Positions 16,686 to 27,271 of a stretch of 46,410 nt of DNA are shown in pieces (within the stretch, counting starts at the first letter, position 1; every line of letters starts with the position of its first letter). The position numbers and the translations under genes are program-made. Under the pieces are notes generated by a model. The model was not told where the DNA came from and did not search any database. It saw only the letters and a program-made list of their open reading frames with translations. The DNA comes from a virus (Duplodnaviria; Caudoviricetes), in the IMG/VR virus record IMGVR_UViG_3300010376_000055, positions 1 to 46,410 of that record. One strand, 5' to 3'.

Positions 16686-18638
16686 TCAATGGTCAAGCGG
16701 GTGAGGGTACTGATAAGGAGTATACGTTGGAGTAGAAGGCCATCCGCTAGCTCCGCAGACATAGAGTACGCCCTGGCCACCGCTTCCGGAACTGTTCCAG
16801 CTTCCCTGATCTGTTGCCCAGTAAGCTACGCCCTGCGTGCAAGTCGACGGACGGGCCGCCAATGTTCCTGAGCCTGTTCCCGGTCCGGTGGACGGGTTTC
16901 CTGTGAACGTCCGCAGGTTTCCGGAATTATCTGTATCGCGGTAGAAGTCCCGGTTTTCTCCAATTAGGTTGGAGGTCGCATCGGTAAGTCCGACATTAAC
17001 TCCGCAATTTCCGCTTGGACAGGACCACGTGTTGCCCCATAGATAAATTGGCTCCGAGGCCTGATTGGGATACTGCACGACGCAGCTCCCGGTTCCGGCT
17101 GTATTCGAGTAAGAACACCTGGTTCCGCCACTTACGCAGCCGCCGGGATAACTTCCGCTGAGAAGCCAACCCGCACCGCGGCCTGGTTGATCGAGAACTG
17201 GATAGCCCTCTGTGTTTGTGTTTCCATCCCACGGGCTCGGTACGCTAGCATAGTCCGATCTGCGGACATCCGGAAGGAACAGGTTGTTGATCGCCGTCGT
17301 GCCGTTGTACATGAAACCCTGGCTCGAGCTTCCGCAGAGATCGTAGTTGGTTGCGCCATTGAAATGATCATTCACTAAGTCCAAAAAGTTCTTCCAGCCA
17401 GCCGAACCCGATGGCGCCGCGTTGTTGTTGAAGATCAGCGCCGTTCCTCCGGTGATGAAGTCCACATTGTATGAAGGGTTTCCGCTCCCTGAATCAAATA
17501 TTCCGGTGAAGGTATTGTTGTAGATTTCCATCGCGCGGCCCGACCGTCCGGAGCCGTTTCCGGATCCTGTCGCATGAACCTGAAGGCTTCCGGAAGTGGA
17601 GTTGTTGAAGCGAACAACCATCCTTCCGCCGAGCCAAAGGTCATTGATAAAGCCGTTCCAGAAGTCTGCAACAAAGGTGTTATTTTCGAGGTACAGGTAT
17701 TCATTCGTTCCAAAATCCGGACCATGCGACCAAGCTTGATCTCCCTGGCCTCCACTGTCCCCAAAGCATTTGCCCGTTAGCTCACGAACCGCATTTCCAG
17801 TTCCGTGCGTCTTGTAGATACCGTGATCAACGGAACCCCAGATGCAGTCGCCCATATTCGCAAGAGTCGCGTTGCCGTTACTGGTCGCTGGATTGTAAGT
17901 CGTCTGATCTAAGGTGACGTGGTCAAGACGGAAGTTCGAAGACAATCCGTTGATCGAAAGCATGCCGTTATACTTGGCATTGTTGTCAGGGAGAGAAGAA
18001 TCTCCCTCAAAGGTAATGCCGGCCATTCTGTATGTCGTGCTTGAGGACCCAGTGGTGACTTCAAAGATCGGGTTGTTGTTCGCTACATCATCCTTGATCA
18101 CCGTCTGATTGTTTCCTCCGGGTATCGTAAGGCTGCCAGCTCCCAGGACCGAAAGGTTTGTGTTTCCGGAAGGAACATCGCAGGTAACGTTCGTCGTCCA
18201 TGAAACTCCTCCGGTACAGGCCGGAATCTGCAGTACCGTCGTCGTGTTCGTCAGAAGATTGCAGGCGGCCTGCACATCGGATGCCGAGCAGCTCGCGGCT
18301 GTCACCGTGGTCCCCGAGGCGAACGTGGCCGTAACCGTAGAAGTCCCAGAGATCGAGAACGAGCACGAACCAGTACCGCTACAGTTTCCGCTCCAGCCAG
18401 TGAACGTGGATCCGGAGTTCGGCGTCTCCGAACACGTGACCGTTGTCCCAGCCGCAAGCGTGGTTGTCCCTGTCGCGCAATTCGCCACGTTGTTGATTGT
18501 TCCGCTTCCCGATCCGGCAGTGTTGACCGTCAGGCTATAGAGAACCGTTCCGGCCGCAAGGGCCCCAGTGTGCCCGGGAGACTGCACTTGCGCGAACGCC
18601 GTAACTGAGAGAAGAGCCCAGAGAATTGCAAGTCTCAT
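16686..18638 (-). CDS. Signal-peptide protein with InlB B-repeat and pectin-lyase-like beta-helix
   Basis: MRLAILWALLSVTAFAQ signal; PNSGSTFTGWSGNCSGTGSC B-repeat; YLENNTF, VVRFN, EIYNNTF beta-helix rungs; ATGA-coupled. Confidence 0.75.
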   Translation of the reverse strand: MRLAILWALLSVTAFAQVQSPGHTGALAAGTVLYSLTVNTAGSGSGTINNVANCATGTTTLAAGTTVTCSETPNSGSTFTGWSGNCSGTGSCSFSISGTSTVTATFASGTTVTAASCSASDVQAACNLLTNTTTVLQIPACTGGVSWTTNVTCDVPSGNTNLSVLGAGSLTIPGGNNQTVIKDDVANNNPIFEVTTGSSSTTYRMAGITFEGDSSLPDNNAKYNGMLSINGLSSNFRLDHVTLDQTTYNPATSNGNATLANMGDCIWGSVDHGIYKTHGTGNAVRELTGKCFGDSGGQGDQAWSHGPDFGTNEYLYLENNTFVADFWNGFINDLWLGGRMVVRFNNSTSGSLQVHATGSGNGSGRSGRAMEIYNNTFTGIFDSGSGNPSYNVDFITGGTALIFNNNAAPSGSAGWKNFLDLVNDHFNGATNYDLCGSSSQGFMYNGTTAINNLFLPDVRRSDYASVPSPWDGNTNTEGYPVLDQPGRGAGWLLSGSYPGGCVSGGTRCSYSNTAGTGSCVVQYPNQASEPIYLWGNTWSCPSGNCGVNVGLTDATSNLIGENRDFYRDTDNSGNLRTFTGNPSTGPGTGSGTLAARPSTCTQGVAYWATDQGSWNSSGSGGQGVLYVCGASGWPSTPTYTPYQYPHPLDH

Positions 18639-21600
18639 TGGAAGGTCACGTTCCACGTCACGGAGGACGGCGTTATGTTCGAACCTGTCGGGTTGCAGAT
18701 TTTGTAGTTGAAGGCGTTTGTGCCTGGCCATGCGTTGATCTGCAGGCCTCCGACCGAACCGTAGCCGGTGGAACCGGAAGTGTCCGTCGTGCCTGTGAAG
18801 GAAACCGCCAGCGGCGTCCCTCCAACCGTCACGGGCCCAAGGTTAGCCGTGCAGGTGCCTGCGTTAACCGTCGTCGTTCCTGTCGTCACCTGGGTGGCCG
18901 CAATCAGCGGTCTGCCGTTGACTGTGGTCTGATACCAAGCCGAGTCGCATTCTCCCTGTGTTGCCGTGGCGTTTCCAAATACGCAGTTCGCGGTATTCGA
19001 GAAGAAGCTGTTGAAGCCTACCTTTGTGTTGGTTGGAGGGTTGGCGCTGATTCCAGCCAGCTCGATCGCGTTGCCCACGCCGCCGAACTTGTTTTCGACA
19101 ACCTGGTTCTCCTGTGTGTTTGTCGAGTTGTCGGACAGTATGAGCAGGCCCTTGATGCAAGACTGGGTCGCCACGCCTCCCGAGCACGTCGTTATGGGAG
19201 CGATTGTCGGTGTGTCGAATTGCGCACCGAGGAAGATGTTGCTGCGTCCGGAAGCAACCATGGCGCCGATCGCGCACGAGGTTTCCGTAACCGACCATTG
19301 CATCGAGTTCGAATACTGTCCAAAGTAAGCGCCGATTGAATCAACCAGAGCCGAGCAGCTTACCTGGCCGCTCAGGAATTGAACGTGGTTCACGGTTGTC
19401 GTGCTCGATCCGGACTGCGTATAAACCGGAACACTGACTGTGTTCGACTTGAGAGCGAGGACTGTGCCGTTCTGTGTAAGCGATAGCCCCGGGTCAAGCC
19501 ACATCAGGATGCCGCCCGAATCGATCGAGTAGGTCGCTGAGGAGTTCGTAGTACCCTGATAGGCCGTCGCCAGTGTAATGCTCGTTGTACCGCCGACGGA
19601 GGCGATTTCGTACGGGTATCCTGCAACCCACATGAAGCCCGGAACCATGGATGACGTCCAGGTGGTTCCTGAACCGGTCACCGACTTCGAGCCCTGAGTG
19701 ATACTCACCGTGCCGGTGGTATAGACGGACTGCTTCAGGTTGAAGCCGCTGATGTCGTTCAGATAGAAGTTCGACTGGTTGGTGATGCGGAAGCCGGACT
19801 TCAGGAGATTGTGATTTGTGCTCGTATCGGAGAACTGGATGTGCTCCATCCGCGCGCTCTGGGGATTGGTGCTCGAGCCGGGATTGTCGAACCAAAGAAT
19901 CTCGTTGATGGCCTGATCGGTCACAAACTGTACGCAACCGTTTCCGGCACTGTTCGATGTGAACCCGTCTCCGATCATCGTAATCAGTGCGGCGTTCGTA
20001 ATGACTGGAGCGTTGAAGTAGTACGTTCCGCACGGGAAGTGCAGCTCCGGGGATCCGTTTGTTCCAAGGCCGTTGAAGAACGCCTGCAGAGCCGTGGTGT
20101 TCGTTGTTCCCACGGTCCCCGAGTTGTTCATGGCAAGGTCTTTGACGGCGTCCTTGCCGCGTTGCGTTGTCGCGTTCAGTGTGACGCTGCCAGTGGTTCC
20201 TCCCCCCGTCAGCCACGTTCCAGCGACCACGGCAGTAATCGTTCCTCCGGTTCCGCATCCAGCTCCGGTATTCGATACCTGTCCGGAGGTGTTGATCTGG
20301 AGGCAAGCCGTTCCTGACCCGGCTGCGGCTCCGGTGTCTGTCAAAGCAGAGAAGGCACCCGAGGCCGGCGTCGTGCCTCCAATCGCCGGGGGCGAGGCAA
20401 GGAACGTTGCCAGGTCAATCGACGTAGGCGCGATCGCTGAGCCCGACGGCTGCCATCCGAGGAAGAATGTATGTCCCGAGGTCGTGGGGCTCGCCAGAAA
20501 GGCCGTGGTGTTCGCCGCGCTCTGGTATAGAACCGAACCGGTGGCTCCCCCAGTGATCCCGCCCGAATCGCCTGTCGTCGTGTTTGCGAGAGTAGCGCTC
20601 GATGCATCCACAAGCTGGCTGCTTGAGTTCGTTCCCACGATTGTCTTCGAGGCCGGTATCGCAAGCCCATTAACCTTCGCCACGCCGGGATTGGGATAGG
20701 TCCCCGAAAGGTCTCCTCCGGCCGATCCGGTTGGAGAACCGGCTGGCGGTGTGCACGAGCTTCCCAGTGTGCAAACCGTGCTATTGACTGTTATGGTGCT
20801 GTTCGCCAGCGCGGCGTTCGGAATGGCCGATGCGCTTACCGATAGAGTAGGCGTGGTCGTGGACGTCGCGACTGAAGGAACGAGCCAGGTGGGCCAGCTT
20901 CCCGAGCTTGCGATGAAGTTCGTAACCGACCCTCCGCCTGAACCTGATCCGGTGAAACTGCAAGTCGTTCCGGTGCAGGAACCGGCGCCAGCCGAGAAGC
21001 TGAAGGTGAATCCTCCGCTTTGTCCGTTAATCGAGAACACGCAACCGGTGTTCGATATGTTTCCGGAGGAGTCGATCTGGAGACAAAGCGTTCCTGAACC
21101 CGCCGCCGCGCCGGTATCCACAAGGGACGTAAACTTTCCGGCTGCCGGAGTTGTTCCCCCGATCGCCGCCGGAGAAGCCAGATACGTCGCCAGATTCGTC
21201 CACGTAGGCGCAACCGCCGCGGAGGACGATACCACTTCGCTCATGACATACGTTCCGTTCGTCGTCTGGGGAGCGAGGCCTGAGAACGTATTGTTCGTTC
21301 CGGAAGCCGAGTAGTAAGGAACCGCAAACTGGGCCGCTGTATTGGTCACTTGGAGCGCCGTCCACGAAAGCGTCGTGCCGTTCGATGTGAGCGCGCCGCT
21401 TGCCAGAGAGGGGATTGTAGCCCCGTGGATGCCGCCTACGGTCATCGCAAGAGACCCGGCAGAGTTCGTCACATCTCCGGTGTGCGCCGGTTCTGCGGCT
21501 GCCGGTAGAGTCGCTGTGAAGGCCACTGTGCCGGCGGTGTCGTACAAGAGTCCTGTCGTCGCCGCCGTCGTGATTGACGTGCCGAATGCGGACCCAGTGG

Positions 21601-22834
21601 AGGTCACGATGCCAGCTCCAGGGTAGGACGCAAGGTTCGTGGCCGTGGTCGCATTCTGTACGGCAGTCGATCCGAGCGCAGTTGAAATCTGGGATCCGGT
21701 GGCCGCTGCCGGAGCACCTGACGTCGAGAAGAATGCCAGGCCCGAGAACGGCGTCACGCCGCTGATCGTATTCGCCGATCCGGCAGCCGAGTAGTAGGCC
21801 GGTGAGTACTGGCTGGCGTTGTTCGTTGTCCCTGCCACGGTACACGTCGATCCCAGCGTGCACGTCGTTCCGTTCACGGTCACAGATGCATTCGCGAGCG
21901 CGGAGTTCGGGATCGCCGATGCCGCAACCGACAAGGTCGGAGTCGTCGTAGACGTGGCCACGGTCGGAACCAACCAGGTCGGCCAATTTGCGGAGTTCGC
22001 GATGAAGTTCGTTACGCTTCCCCCGCCGGACCCTGACCCGGAAAAGGTACAGGTGGTTCCGGTGCAGCTTCCAGCTCCAGAAGCAAAACTGAATGTAAAC
22101 GCTCCCGAGGTTCCATTGATCGTTCCCACAACTGCCGTGGTTGCGGCCTTGCCGTTCAACTGCGTCTGAATCGAAGATGTCGGATCGACGAATCCGAAAG
22201 TCGTGGGACTCACGCCATCAACCGTGAGTCCGCTCACCGTGGTTACGGTTCCTCCCAGAGTCAGGAGAGTTGAACCGAGTGTGAGCGTAGCTGTAGAAGA
22301 TGCCTTCCCGTTTAACTGACCCTGAATGGACGCGGTTGGATCGACAAATCCCATCGTGGTCGGAGAGACGCCGTCGATCGTCAGGCCTGATACTGACGTC
22401 GTCGTGGACGATGCATTGATCGATGTAGATCCCAAGGTGAACGGGAATCCAGAGCCCCCTGTGCCCGTGCAGAACTGAAGAGACCCGCCGGCCGTTCCGG
22501 TTCCGGTCTCGCACAGAAACTTTGTCGTCGTGGTCGTATTCGGAGCAAGAAGAGCTGTGATGTTTGGACCCGATTGATACGGGACCGAGCCGAGCGATCC
22601 TCCCAGGAGATTCGTCGTCGTGCCCGAGTTCCCATTGATGCTGGCCTTTAGCGGATTCGGAAACTGGGACGCTCCGCCCATGTAGGAGTCGATCACCGTG
22701 AAGTTGTTATTGAGGGCCGTGTTCCAGTTCTTCGTGCCTTGCGCTGGAAGAGCCAGACCGATGTACGGAGTGCTCTGCGACAGCGCCGGAGCTACAAGGC
22801 CAAACACTACAAGTAGAATTCTCAGACATTTCAT
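18635..22834 (-). CDS. Large repetitive fibre/tailspike-like protein with signal peptide
   Basis: 1399 aa, S/T/G/A-rich; TPYIGLALPAQGTKNWNTALNNNFTVID fibre N-terminus; NTTALQAFF...HFPCGTYYF pectate-lyase-like start. Confidence 0.75.
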   Translation of the reverse strand: MKCLRILLVVFGLVAPALSQSTPYIGLALPAQGTKNWNTALNNNFTVIDSYMGGASQFPNPLKASINGNSGTTTNLLGGSLGSVPYQSGPNITALLAPNTTTTTKFLCETGTGTAGGSLQFCTGTGGSGFPFTLGSTSINASSTTTSVSGLTIDGVSPTTMGFVDPTASIQGQLNGKASSTATLTLGSTLLTLGGTVTTVSGLTVDGVSPTTFGFVDPTSSIQTQLNGKAATTAVVGTINGTSGAFTFSFASGAGSCTGTTCTFSGSGSGGGSVTNFIANSANWPTWLVPTVATSTTTPTLSVAASAIPNSALANASVTVNGTTCTLGSTCTVAGTTNNASQYSPAYYSAAGSANTISGVTPFSGLAFFSTSGAPAAATGSQISTALGSTAVQNATTATNLASYPGAGIVTSTGSAFGTSITTAATTGLLYDTAGTVAFTATLPAAAEPAHTGDVTNSAGSLAMTVGGIHGATIPSLASGALTSNGTTLSWTALQVTNTAAQFAVPYYSASGTNNTFSGLAPQTTNGTYVMSEVVSSSAAVAPTWTNLATYLASPAAIGGTTPAAGKFTSLVDTGAAAGSGTLCLQIDSSGNISNTGCVFSINGQSGGFTFSFSAGAGSCTGTTCSFTGSGSGGGSVTNFIASSGSWPTWLVPSVATSTTTPTLSVSASAIPNAALANSTITVNSTVCTLGSSCTPPAGSPTGSAGGDLSGTYPNPGVAKVNGLAIPASKTIVGTNSSSQLVDASSATLANTTTGDSGGITGGATGSVLYQSAANTTAFLASPTTSGHTFFLGWQPSGSAIAPTSIDLATFLASPPAIGGTTPASGAFSALTDTGAAAGSGTACLQINTSGQVSNTGAGCGTGGTITAVVAGTWLTGGGTTGSVTLNATTQRGKDAVKDLAMNNSGTVGTTNTTALQAFFNGLGTNGSPELHFPCGTYYFNAPVITNAALITMIGDGFTSNSAGNGCVQFVTDQAINEILWFDNPGSSTNPQSARMEHIQFSDTSTNHNLLKSGFRITNQSNFYLNDISGFNLKQSVYTTGTVSITQGSKSVTGSGTTWTSSMVPGFMWVAGYPYEIASVGGTTSITLATAYQGTTNSSATYSIDSGGILMWLDPGLSLTQNGTVLALKSNTVSVPVYTQSGSSTTTVNHVQFLSGQVSCSALVDSIGAYFGQYSNSMQWSVTETSCAIGAMVASGRSNIFLGAQFDTPTIAPITTCSGGVATQSCIKGLLILSDNSTNTQENQVVENKFGGVGNAIELAGISANPPTNTKVGFNSFFSNTANCVFGNATATQGECDSAWYQTTVNGRPLIAATQVTTGTTTVNAGTCTANLGPVTVGGTPLAVSFTGTTDTSGSTGYGSVGGLQINAWPGTNAFNYKICNPTGSNITPSSVTWNVTFQ
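20260..22450 (-). repeat. Internal duplications in the fibre gene
   Basis: A ~95-aa block (INGxSGxFTFSF...WPTWLVP...CTLGSxCT), a ~50-aa block (LATxLASPxAIGGTTP...CLQI) and a ~45-aa block (TLGST...GFVDPTxSIQxQLNGKA) each occur twice; coordinates approximate. Confidence 0.85.
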
Positions 22835-22859
22835 TCGATCACCTGTTGCTCCAATCGTT

Positions 22860-25800
22860 TCAATTCACCGTTACCGGGGTAACTTGATACGTGCATGTGG
22901 TCAGCGTTGGATAGGTTCCCGCTGGAGTTCCATTCAGCGTAAACGTCACTCCGGTAGTTGTCGGGGTTGGTGGAAGCCAGTTCGTTTCCAACCCCACGCA
23001 CGACAAGGTAACAAACGGAGCTAGCTTGTACGGGACAAGCCAGGTATGAGTGACCGTAGGATTGGCTGTTCTTGTATCGTCGTTCTCGACGAAGGCGAAC
23101 TGTCCGAAGGTGTCGCCGGAATTCATCGTCCAGCCCTCAAGCCCGGCAACTGACGAAGTAACGACGCCTCCCCATCCCGAAGAGAAGGTGAACTGGGGAA
23201 AGGTGTGGGTATCGTAAGGCCATGGATGCGTGGTCAAAGAGTTAGGCGCAGGCGGCCACGAGTATGTAGTCCCGGCCACGTTGAACGACATCGGCGGGGT
23301 GGCGTTGTCGCCGCCGGAAGCATTCGGGAACGTGTTGAAGTCGCTCGTGAAATTGGTCGGTAAGTTTGAGAAGCTGTACTCCACGAAGAAAGGACCGTAT
23401 CCGATCTGATTGCCCTTCGATGTGAAGTTTGTGATGGTTCCGCTGTTGGACAATATCTGGACGCCCATTATGCTCGAGTTCGTCAGGTTGAATGTTGCAG
23501 GCGTTCCAATCTGCCAATTTATTCCATAGGTTGTCGGGGCTCCGTACACCCAGCTCGGCGTGTAATAGAGCGAATTCGATATGTTTACCGTCGATCCCGA
23601 CGCGATGCCGGTAGGCAGGACAAAATTGCCGTTGTAGTTGCTGATGTTCAAATTTGTCGTGTAAGTTGAATCCCCTCCAAAACCTCCGTTCCCTGTTGTC
23701 CACTGGCTTTGATCCCACCATTCATCTACACCCACAGCATAGATTGTTCCAGCAAGGCCTATGCCGCCAGGAGCGCAGTTGATGAATTTGGAGTTTGTGA
23801 CCTGACCAGTAAGCGGAGTCGGATTCGTACCGTTGTGCCCCGTGAACGCTGTGCAGGTTCCGTTTCCTGTTATCAATGTGGCCGGCATCTGAACGATCAA
23901 TCCCGAGAAATTCAGAAACGAACTCGCGGGTGGCTGCCAGTTCCAAACAATCGGCGCCGGGCATCCTATGCTGCAGGCCACTACCGGATAGTAGGCTCCG
24001 CTGATGACAACATTTCTGAACGAAGTGTTGTAGTTAATCCATGCAGTATGAAAATTGCCGTCGGTCATCAGCACATCATGTACGGTTGATACGGCGGGGG
24101 CAGTGAAGGCAAAGTGTCCATCGGATCCCCTGACCCATATTCCCGATACATTCTCTCCGGCCGTTCCGCCGCATGCGCTTCCTCCAGTACCGGTACAGTT
24201 GTAAGGTCCTGAATAGCTAGGAGCCTCGTACAGGTTGCCGTCGCTGTTGGGATTTGTGCTTCCGGTCGGGTGAATGTAAACAGTGCAGTTTGATGTGCAG
24301 GTGCTTGCGCCTGTACCGGTGTTGAACGACGGATCGTAATATGTTCCAGGGTTTGACTCGACGTTTGCGATCGATGTCTGAAAGGCCAGAGGAACACCGT
24401 TTTCGTAGACCTGAAGGACGGTCGTGGGATTATCGCTTGGCGTGTACGTGAAGAAATACGTGAAAGAGTCCCCAAGGTTCAGAGTGAAAGACGAAATCAC
24501 AATATTCGCGTCCAGCTCGGGACGGGTTCCATAGCCATAAGCCGAAATGGTATTTCCGCCCGGCGGGGTGAAGTCTCCGCGCCAGTGAGAATTGGCTGCA
24601 AGCGAGACTGAATCATTCGCCGACATCACTCCTTGCAGGTGCGTCAAAGTCTGGAACGGTGACCCGCACGCGCCTGTGTTAGAGTCCGAACCGTTCACCG
24701 AGTCCACGGCCCATTTTGCATTGCAACTGTTGAAATAGATTGGCCCGGTCTGAACGACCCAGGTGATCGTCCCCGTGGTCTGGTTCCACCAATACGCGAA
24801 GTTCTCGCACTGGAAGAAGAACCCCAAAGACGGAGAGCTTCCGTTGATACTGCACCCATCGCTGACGACTGGGGTGGTTGTCGTCGAGATCGGCTGGGGG
24901 CATCCGGTTGTGGTGAGGCCCTTCGTGGTACTTGTACAAACTGGCGTCCCTGCTACCGATGTTAGAAATGTCCCGTCCGATCCAGCGACTTTGTTTCCTG
25001 TTCCTCCCTGTCCATCGACTAACATGGCCTGAGTGGTAGCTACGTTCCCTGAACTGTAGAGCACTCCAGCCGTTCCGTTGGGATACAAGAACGGACCTTG
25101 TGTCACGGCAGTAAGTGCCGTTCTTACAAACAGTCCTGCGTTTGTCAGCCAAAGATCGCCTTTTACTGGAGAAGTCGGGGCTGAACCTGGATTTCCGAGA
25201 TTAAAACCAGCACCACTCGATGAGCTTGCCGGGACTATAAGCTTTCCTGTCAGGGTTCCTCCCGTGGTAGGAAGAGCCCCGAGAGTGTTGTAGCTCAACG
25301 TCACTGCAGACCCGCAAGTGAACGTCGAACCGGAGGCCGCGCCCGATCCGGAGTTGTTCATCGTCAGCGCATTCGAACAGGTTCCGGCGGCGTACTGAGG
25401 AACGTTCAGAGTGTTTCCAACCAGAGTCGCTGCTCCGCTCGAGCCGGTTGTGGTAACGGTCAGAGCGCCCTGATACACGGGGATATTGAGAGTGTTTCCA
25501 ATAAGGGTAGCTGACCCGGTCGATCCTGTCGTCGTAAGAGATAAACTTGCCCCTCCTCCTCCGCAAGCCGCCCAGGACGTCGCATAGCATCGAAACGAGT
25601 TGTCGCTGATCCGGTAGTACATATTCCCCGGTGTCGCCTTCACTTCGGCGTCTACATAAGCCGATGCGAGAAGTCCTCCGGTAACGTTTGGTGCTACGAT
25701 GACGGCCGCAATCTGCGAGCTGATGTCCTGACTCGATCCCTGAATAGGAACGTTTGTGCAGTACGTGCGCGCGGAAGAGATGGCCGGCGTCACGCACACT

Positions 25801-26081
25801 TGCCACGTTGAGTTCTTGGGGACAATGAAATTGACGTCGTTGACCGCGCTGATCGAGAACGCGCCTGAACCATCGGCCGTCCCCGAATACGACTGAGTGA
25901 AGACTTGTCCGCTGGTTGTGTACGGCTTGCCTGGCTGAGAGCCCACGAATGTCACAGTGTAGGGAGCATTCGCCCACGCCGTCGACTGAGAATCTGTGAT
26001 TGTCGCGGTAAGACTCGTGGTTTGCGCCGAGGAAACCATCGCAGACAGGCCGATCAACAAACTTGCGATCAGGGCCTTCAT
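22860..26081 (-). CDS. Large fibre/beta-helix protein with signal peptide
   Basis: MKALIASLLIGLSAMVSSAQ; LTTTGSxGxATLxGNTLNxPxY twice; VDSVNGSDSNTGACGSPFQTL (DUF1565-like) preceding a beta-helix. Confidence 0.75.
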   Translation of the reverse strand: MKALIASLLIGLSAMVSSAQTTSLTATITDSQSTAWANAPYTVTFVGSQPGKPYTTSGQVFTQSYSGTADGSGAFSISAVNDVNFIVPKNSTWQVCVTPAISSARTYCTNVPIQGSSQDISSQIAAVIVAPNVTGGLLASAYVDAEVKATPGNMYYRISDNSFRCYATSWAACGGGGASLSLTTTGSTGSATLIGNTLNIPVYQGALTVTTTGSSGAATLVGNTLNVPQYAAGTCSNALTMNNSGSGAASGSTFTCGSAVTLSYNTLGALPTTGGTLTGKLIVPASSSSGAGFNLGNPGSAPTSPVKGDLWLTNAGLFVRTALTAVTQGPFLYPNGTAGVLYSSGNVATTQAMLVDGQGGTGNKVAGSDGTFLTSVAGTPVCTSTTKGLTTTGCPQPISTTTTPVVSDGCSINGSSPSLGFFFQCENFAYWWNQTTGTITWVVQTGPIYFNSCNAKWAVDSVNGSDSNTGACGSPFQTLTHLQGVMSANDSVSLAANSHWRGDFTPPGGNTISAYGYGTRPELDANIVISSFTLNLGDSFTYFFTYTPSDNPTTVLQVYENGVPLAFQTSIANVESNPGTYYDPSFNTGTGASTCTSNCTVYIHPTGSTNPNSDGNLYEAPSYSGPYNCTGTGGSACGGTAGENVSGIWVRGSDGHFAFTAPAVSTVHDVLMTDGNFHTAWINYNTSFRNVVISGAYYPVVACSIGCPAPIVWNWQPPASSFLNFSGLIVQMPATLITGNGTCTAFTGHNGTNPTPLTGQVTNSKFINCAPGGIGLAGTIYAVGVDEWWDQSQWTTGNGGFGGDSTYTTNLNISNYNGNFVLPTGIASGSTVNISNSLYYTPSWVYGAPTTYGINWQIGTPATFNLTNSSIMGVQILSNSGTITNFTSKGNQIGYGPFFVEYSFSNLPTNFTSDFNTFPNASGGDNATPPMSFNVAGTTYSWPPAPNSLTTHPWPYDTHTFPQFTFSSGWGGVVTSSVAGLEGWTMNSGDTFGQFAFVENDDTRTANPTVTHTWLVPYKLAPFVTLSCVGLETNWLPPTPTTTGVTFTLNGTPAGTYPTLTTCTYQVTPVTVN

Positions 26082-26107
26082 TGCGATTTGTCCTCCAAAT
26101 TTTGGAC

Positions 26108-26641
26108 TTAATTGACCTCGGCTGAAGCGTAGTATGCGTCTCCCGATGTTCCGACAATCCAGAACTCGGAAGTTCGGATCGCATCCTGGCCGATATGGTT
26201 TGCGAGCCTGTAGACGTTCGGCTGTGTACCGGCCGTCGTCTTATCGAGCTCGTAAAACGCCGTACCGCCTCCGGTGTTTGTCACCGTCGAGTCGGTTCCG
26301 AGAATCATCGCTGCAGCTCCGCCGCTCGCCGGTTGGATCGAGATGTCCATGCATGCGATGTCGAGCATGATGAGCGAAGTGCTGACCGCCGAGTTGACCG
26401 CCGCTCCTCCCTCCGACTGGCAATTCAGAACGGTTGAACTGGCTATGCCGTTAATCAGGAGAACACTCTGCGTCGTGCCGGGATTGACGATGATGCGATC
26501 GCCAACCTGATACTTCGTCGTGCTCGCAACGGTCACCTTGTAGAAGCCGCCGGTCAGCACTCCAGTGAAGGCCGCGGTGAGAGCATCCCCGAATACCGGC
26601 ACTGCTGCGCTTCCAAGCGTTGTTTTCCCCCAGGCTCTCAC
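26108..26641 (-). CDS. Putative virion structural protein
   Basis: 177 aa beta-rich ORF, GTGA-coupled. Confidence 0.65.
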   Translation of the reverse strand: MRAWGKTTLGSAAVPVFGDALTAAFTGVLTGGFYKVTVASTTKYQVGDRIIVNPGTTQSVLLINGIASSTVLNCQSEGGAAVNSAVSTSLIMLDIACMDISIQPASGGAAAMILGTDSTVTNTGGGTAFYELDKTTAGTQPNVYRLANHIGQDAIRTSEFWIVGTSGDAYYASAEVN

Positions 26642-26847
26642 GGGCAGTTTCCTTTCTTGGTCACTTCAAACGTGCACTCGTCGCCCCAGCTACCGACGCG
26701 CGTACGGCTTTGAACCTTCTTGAGGTCGTACGACGTATCGCGCGGAATAGCCGTCGTCTGGTCAAGGTCGTCCTGAGTCGACGGATACCGGCGCTGTTCG
26801 GTCTGGGGCATATTTCCGCCGCTCGGATTTGGACCCTTCTTCTTCAT
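26638..26847 (-). CDS. Hypothetical protein
   Basis: GAGG SD, 69 aa. Confidence 0.55.
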   Translation of the reverse strand: MKKKGPNPSGGNMPQTEQRRYPSTQDDLDQTTAIPRDTSYDLKKVQSRTRVGSWGDECTFEVTKKGNCP

Positions 26848-26855
26848 AACGCCTC

Positions 26856-27215
26856 TCAGTTCCCGTGACGTTCAACCAGGTTGGCGATCTCCCGATACTG
26901 CTTCGAACCCTGCCACGGCTTAACCTTGGGGGGATCGTTCCACTGGCTCTCCATGTGGTTTGCCGCGTGATTGGAGCAGCCGTACTGCCGCTCAAGCTCT
27001 CGCAAGTGCGACAGGCTCTTCACATGAATCGCCTCTCCGTTGAAGTGAGTAGTCGTGAACTCCCAGAGATTCTTGCCCTCGTTGAAGACCGTGGGGATAT
27101 AGAAACAGTCCTTGCAGAACCACTCACGCTTCTCCCGCGAGTAGATGAACTCTCCTCCCCGAGGCTCCGTGTGCTTCGGGCATTGAGAGTTCGCGCAACG
27201 TTGATTGAGTGCCAT
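26856..27215 (-). CDS. Small Zn-ribbon-like protein
   Basis: CANSQC...WFCKDC; SLSHLRELERQYG; GGAGAGG upstream of ATG 27215. Confidence 0.6.
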   Translation of the reverse strand: MALNQRCANSQCPKHTEPRGGEFIYSREKREWFCKDCFYIPTVFNEGKNLWEFTTTHFNGEAIHVKSLSHLRELERQYGCSNHAANHMESQWNDPPKVKPWQGSKQYREIANLVERHGN

Positions 27216-27271
27216 TTTCCAAAAAACCTCTCCTGAATTATCTGGCCGCGAAAGTAACGCCGCCACACAAA

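Noticed and set aside
20260-22450. Diversity-generating retroelement TR/VR pair
   Set aside because: The repeats are in-frame protein duplications, adenine-specific differences were not evident, and no reverse transcriptase is in the window
19494-26184. Long alternative-frame ORFs within the fibre genes (e.g. 19494-20306, 21027-21986, 25201-26184)
   Set aside because: Arg/His-rich shadow frames of GC-biased Thr/Gly/Ser codons, fully nested in better genes
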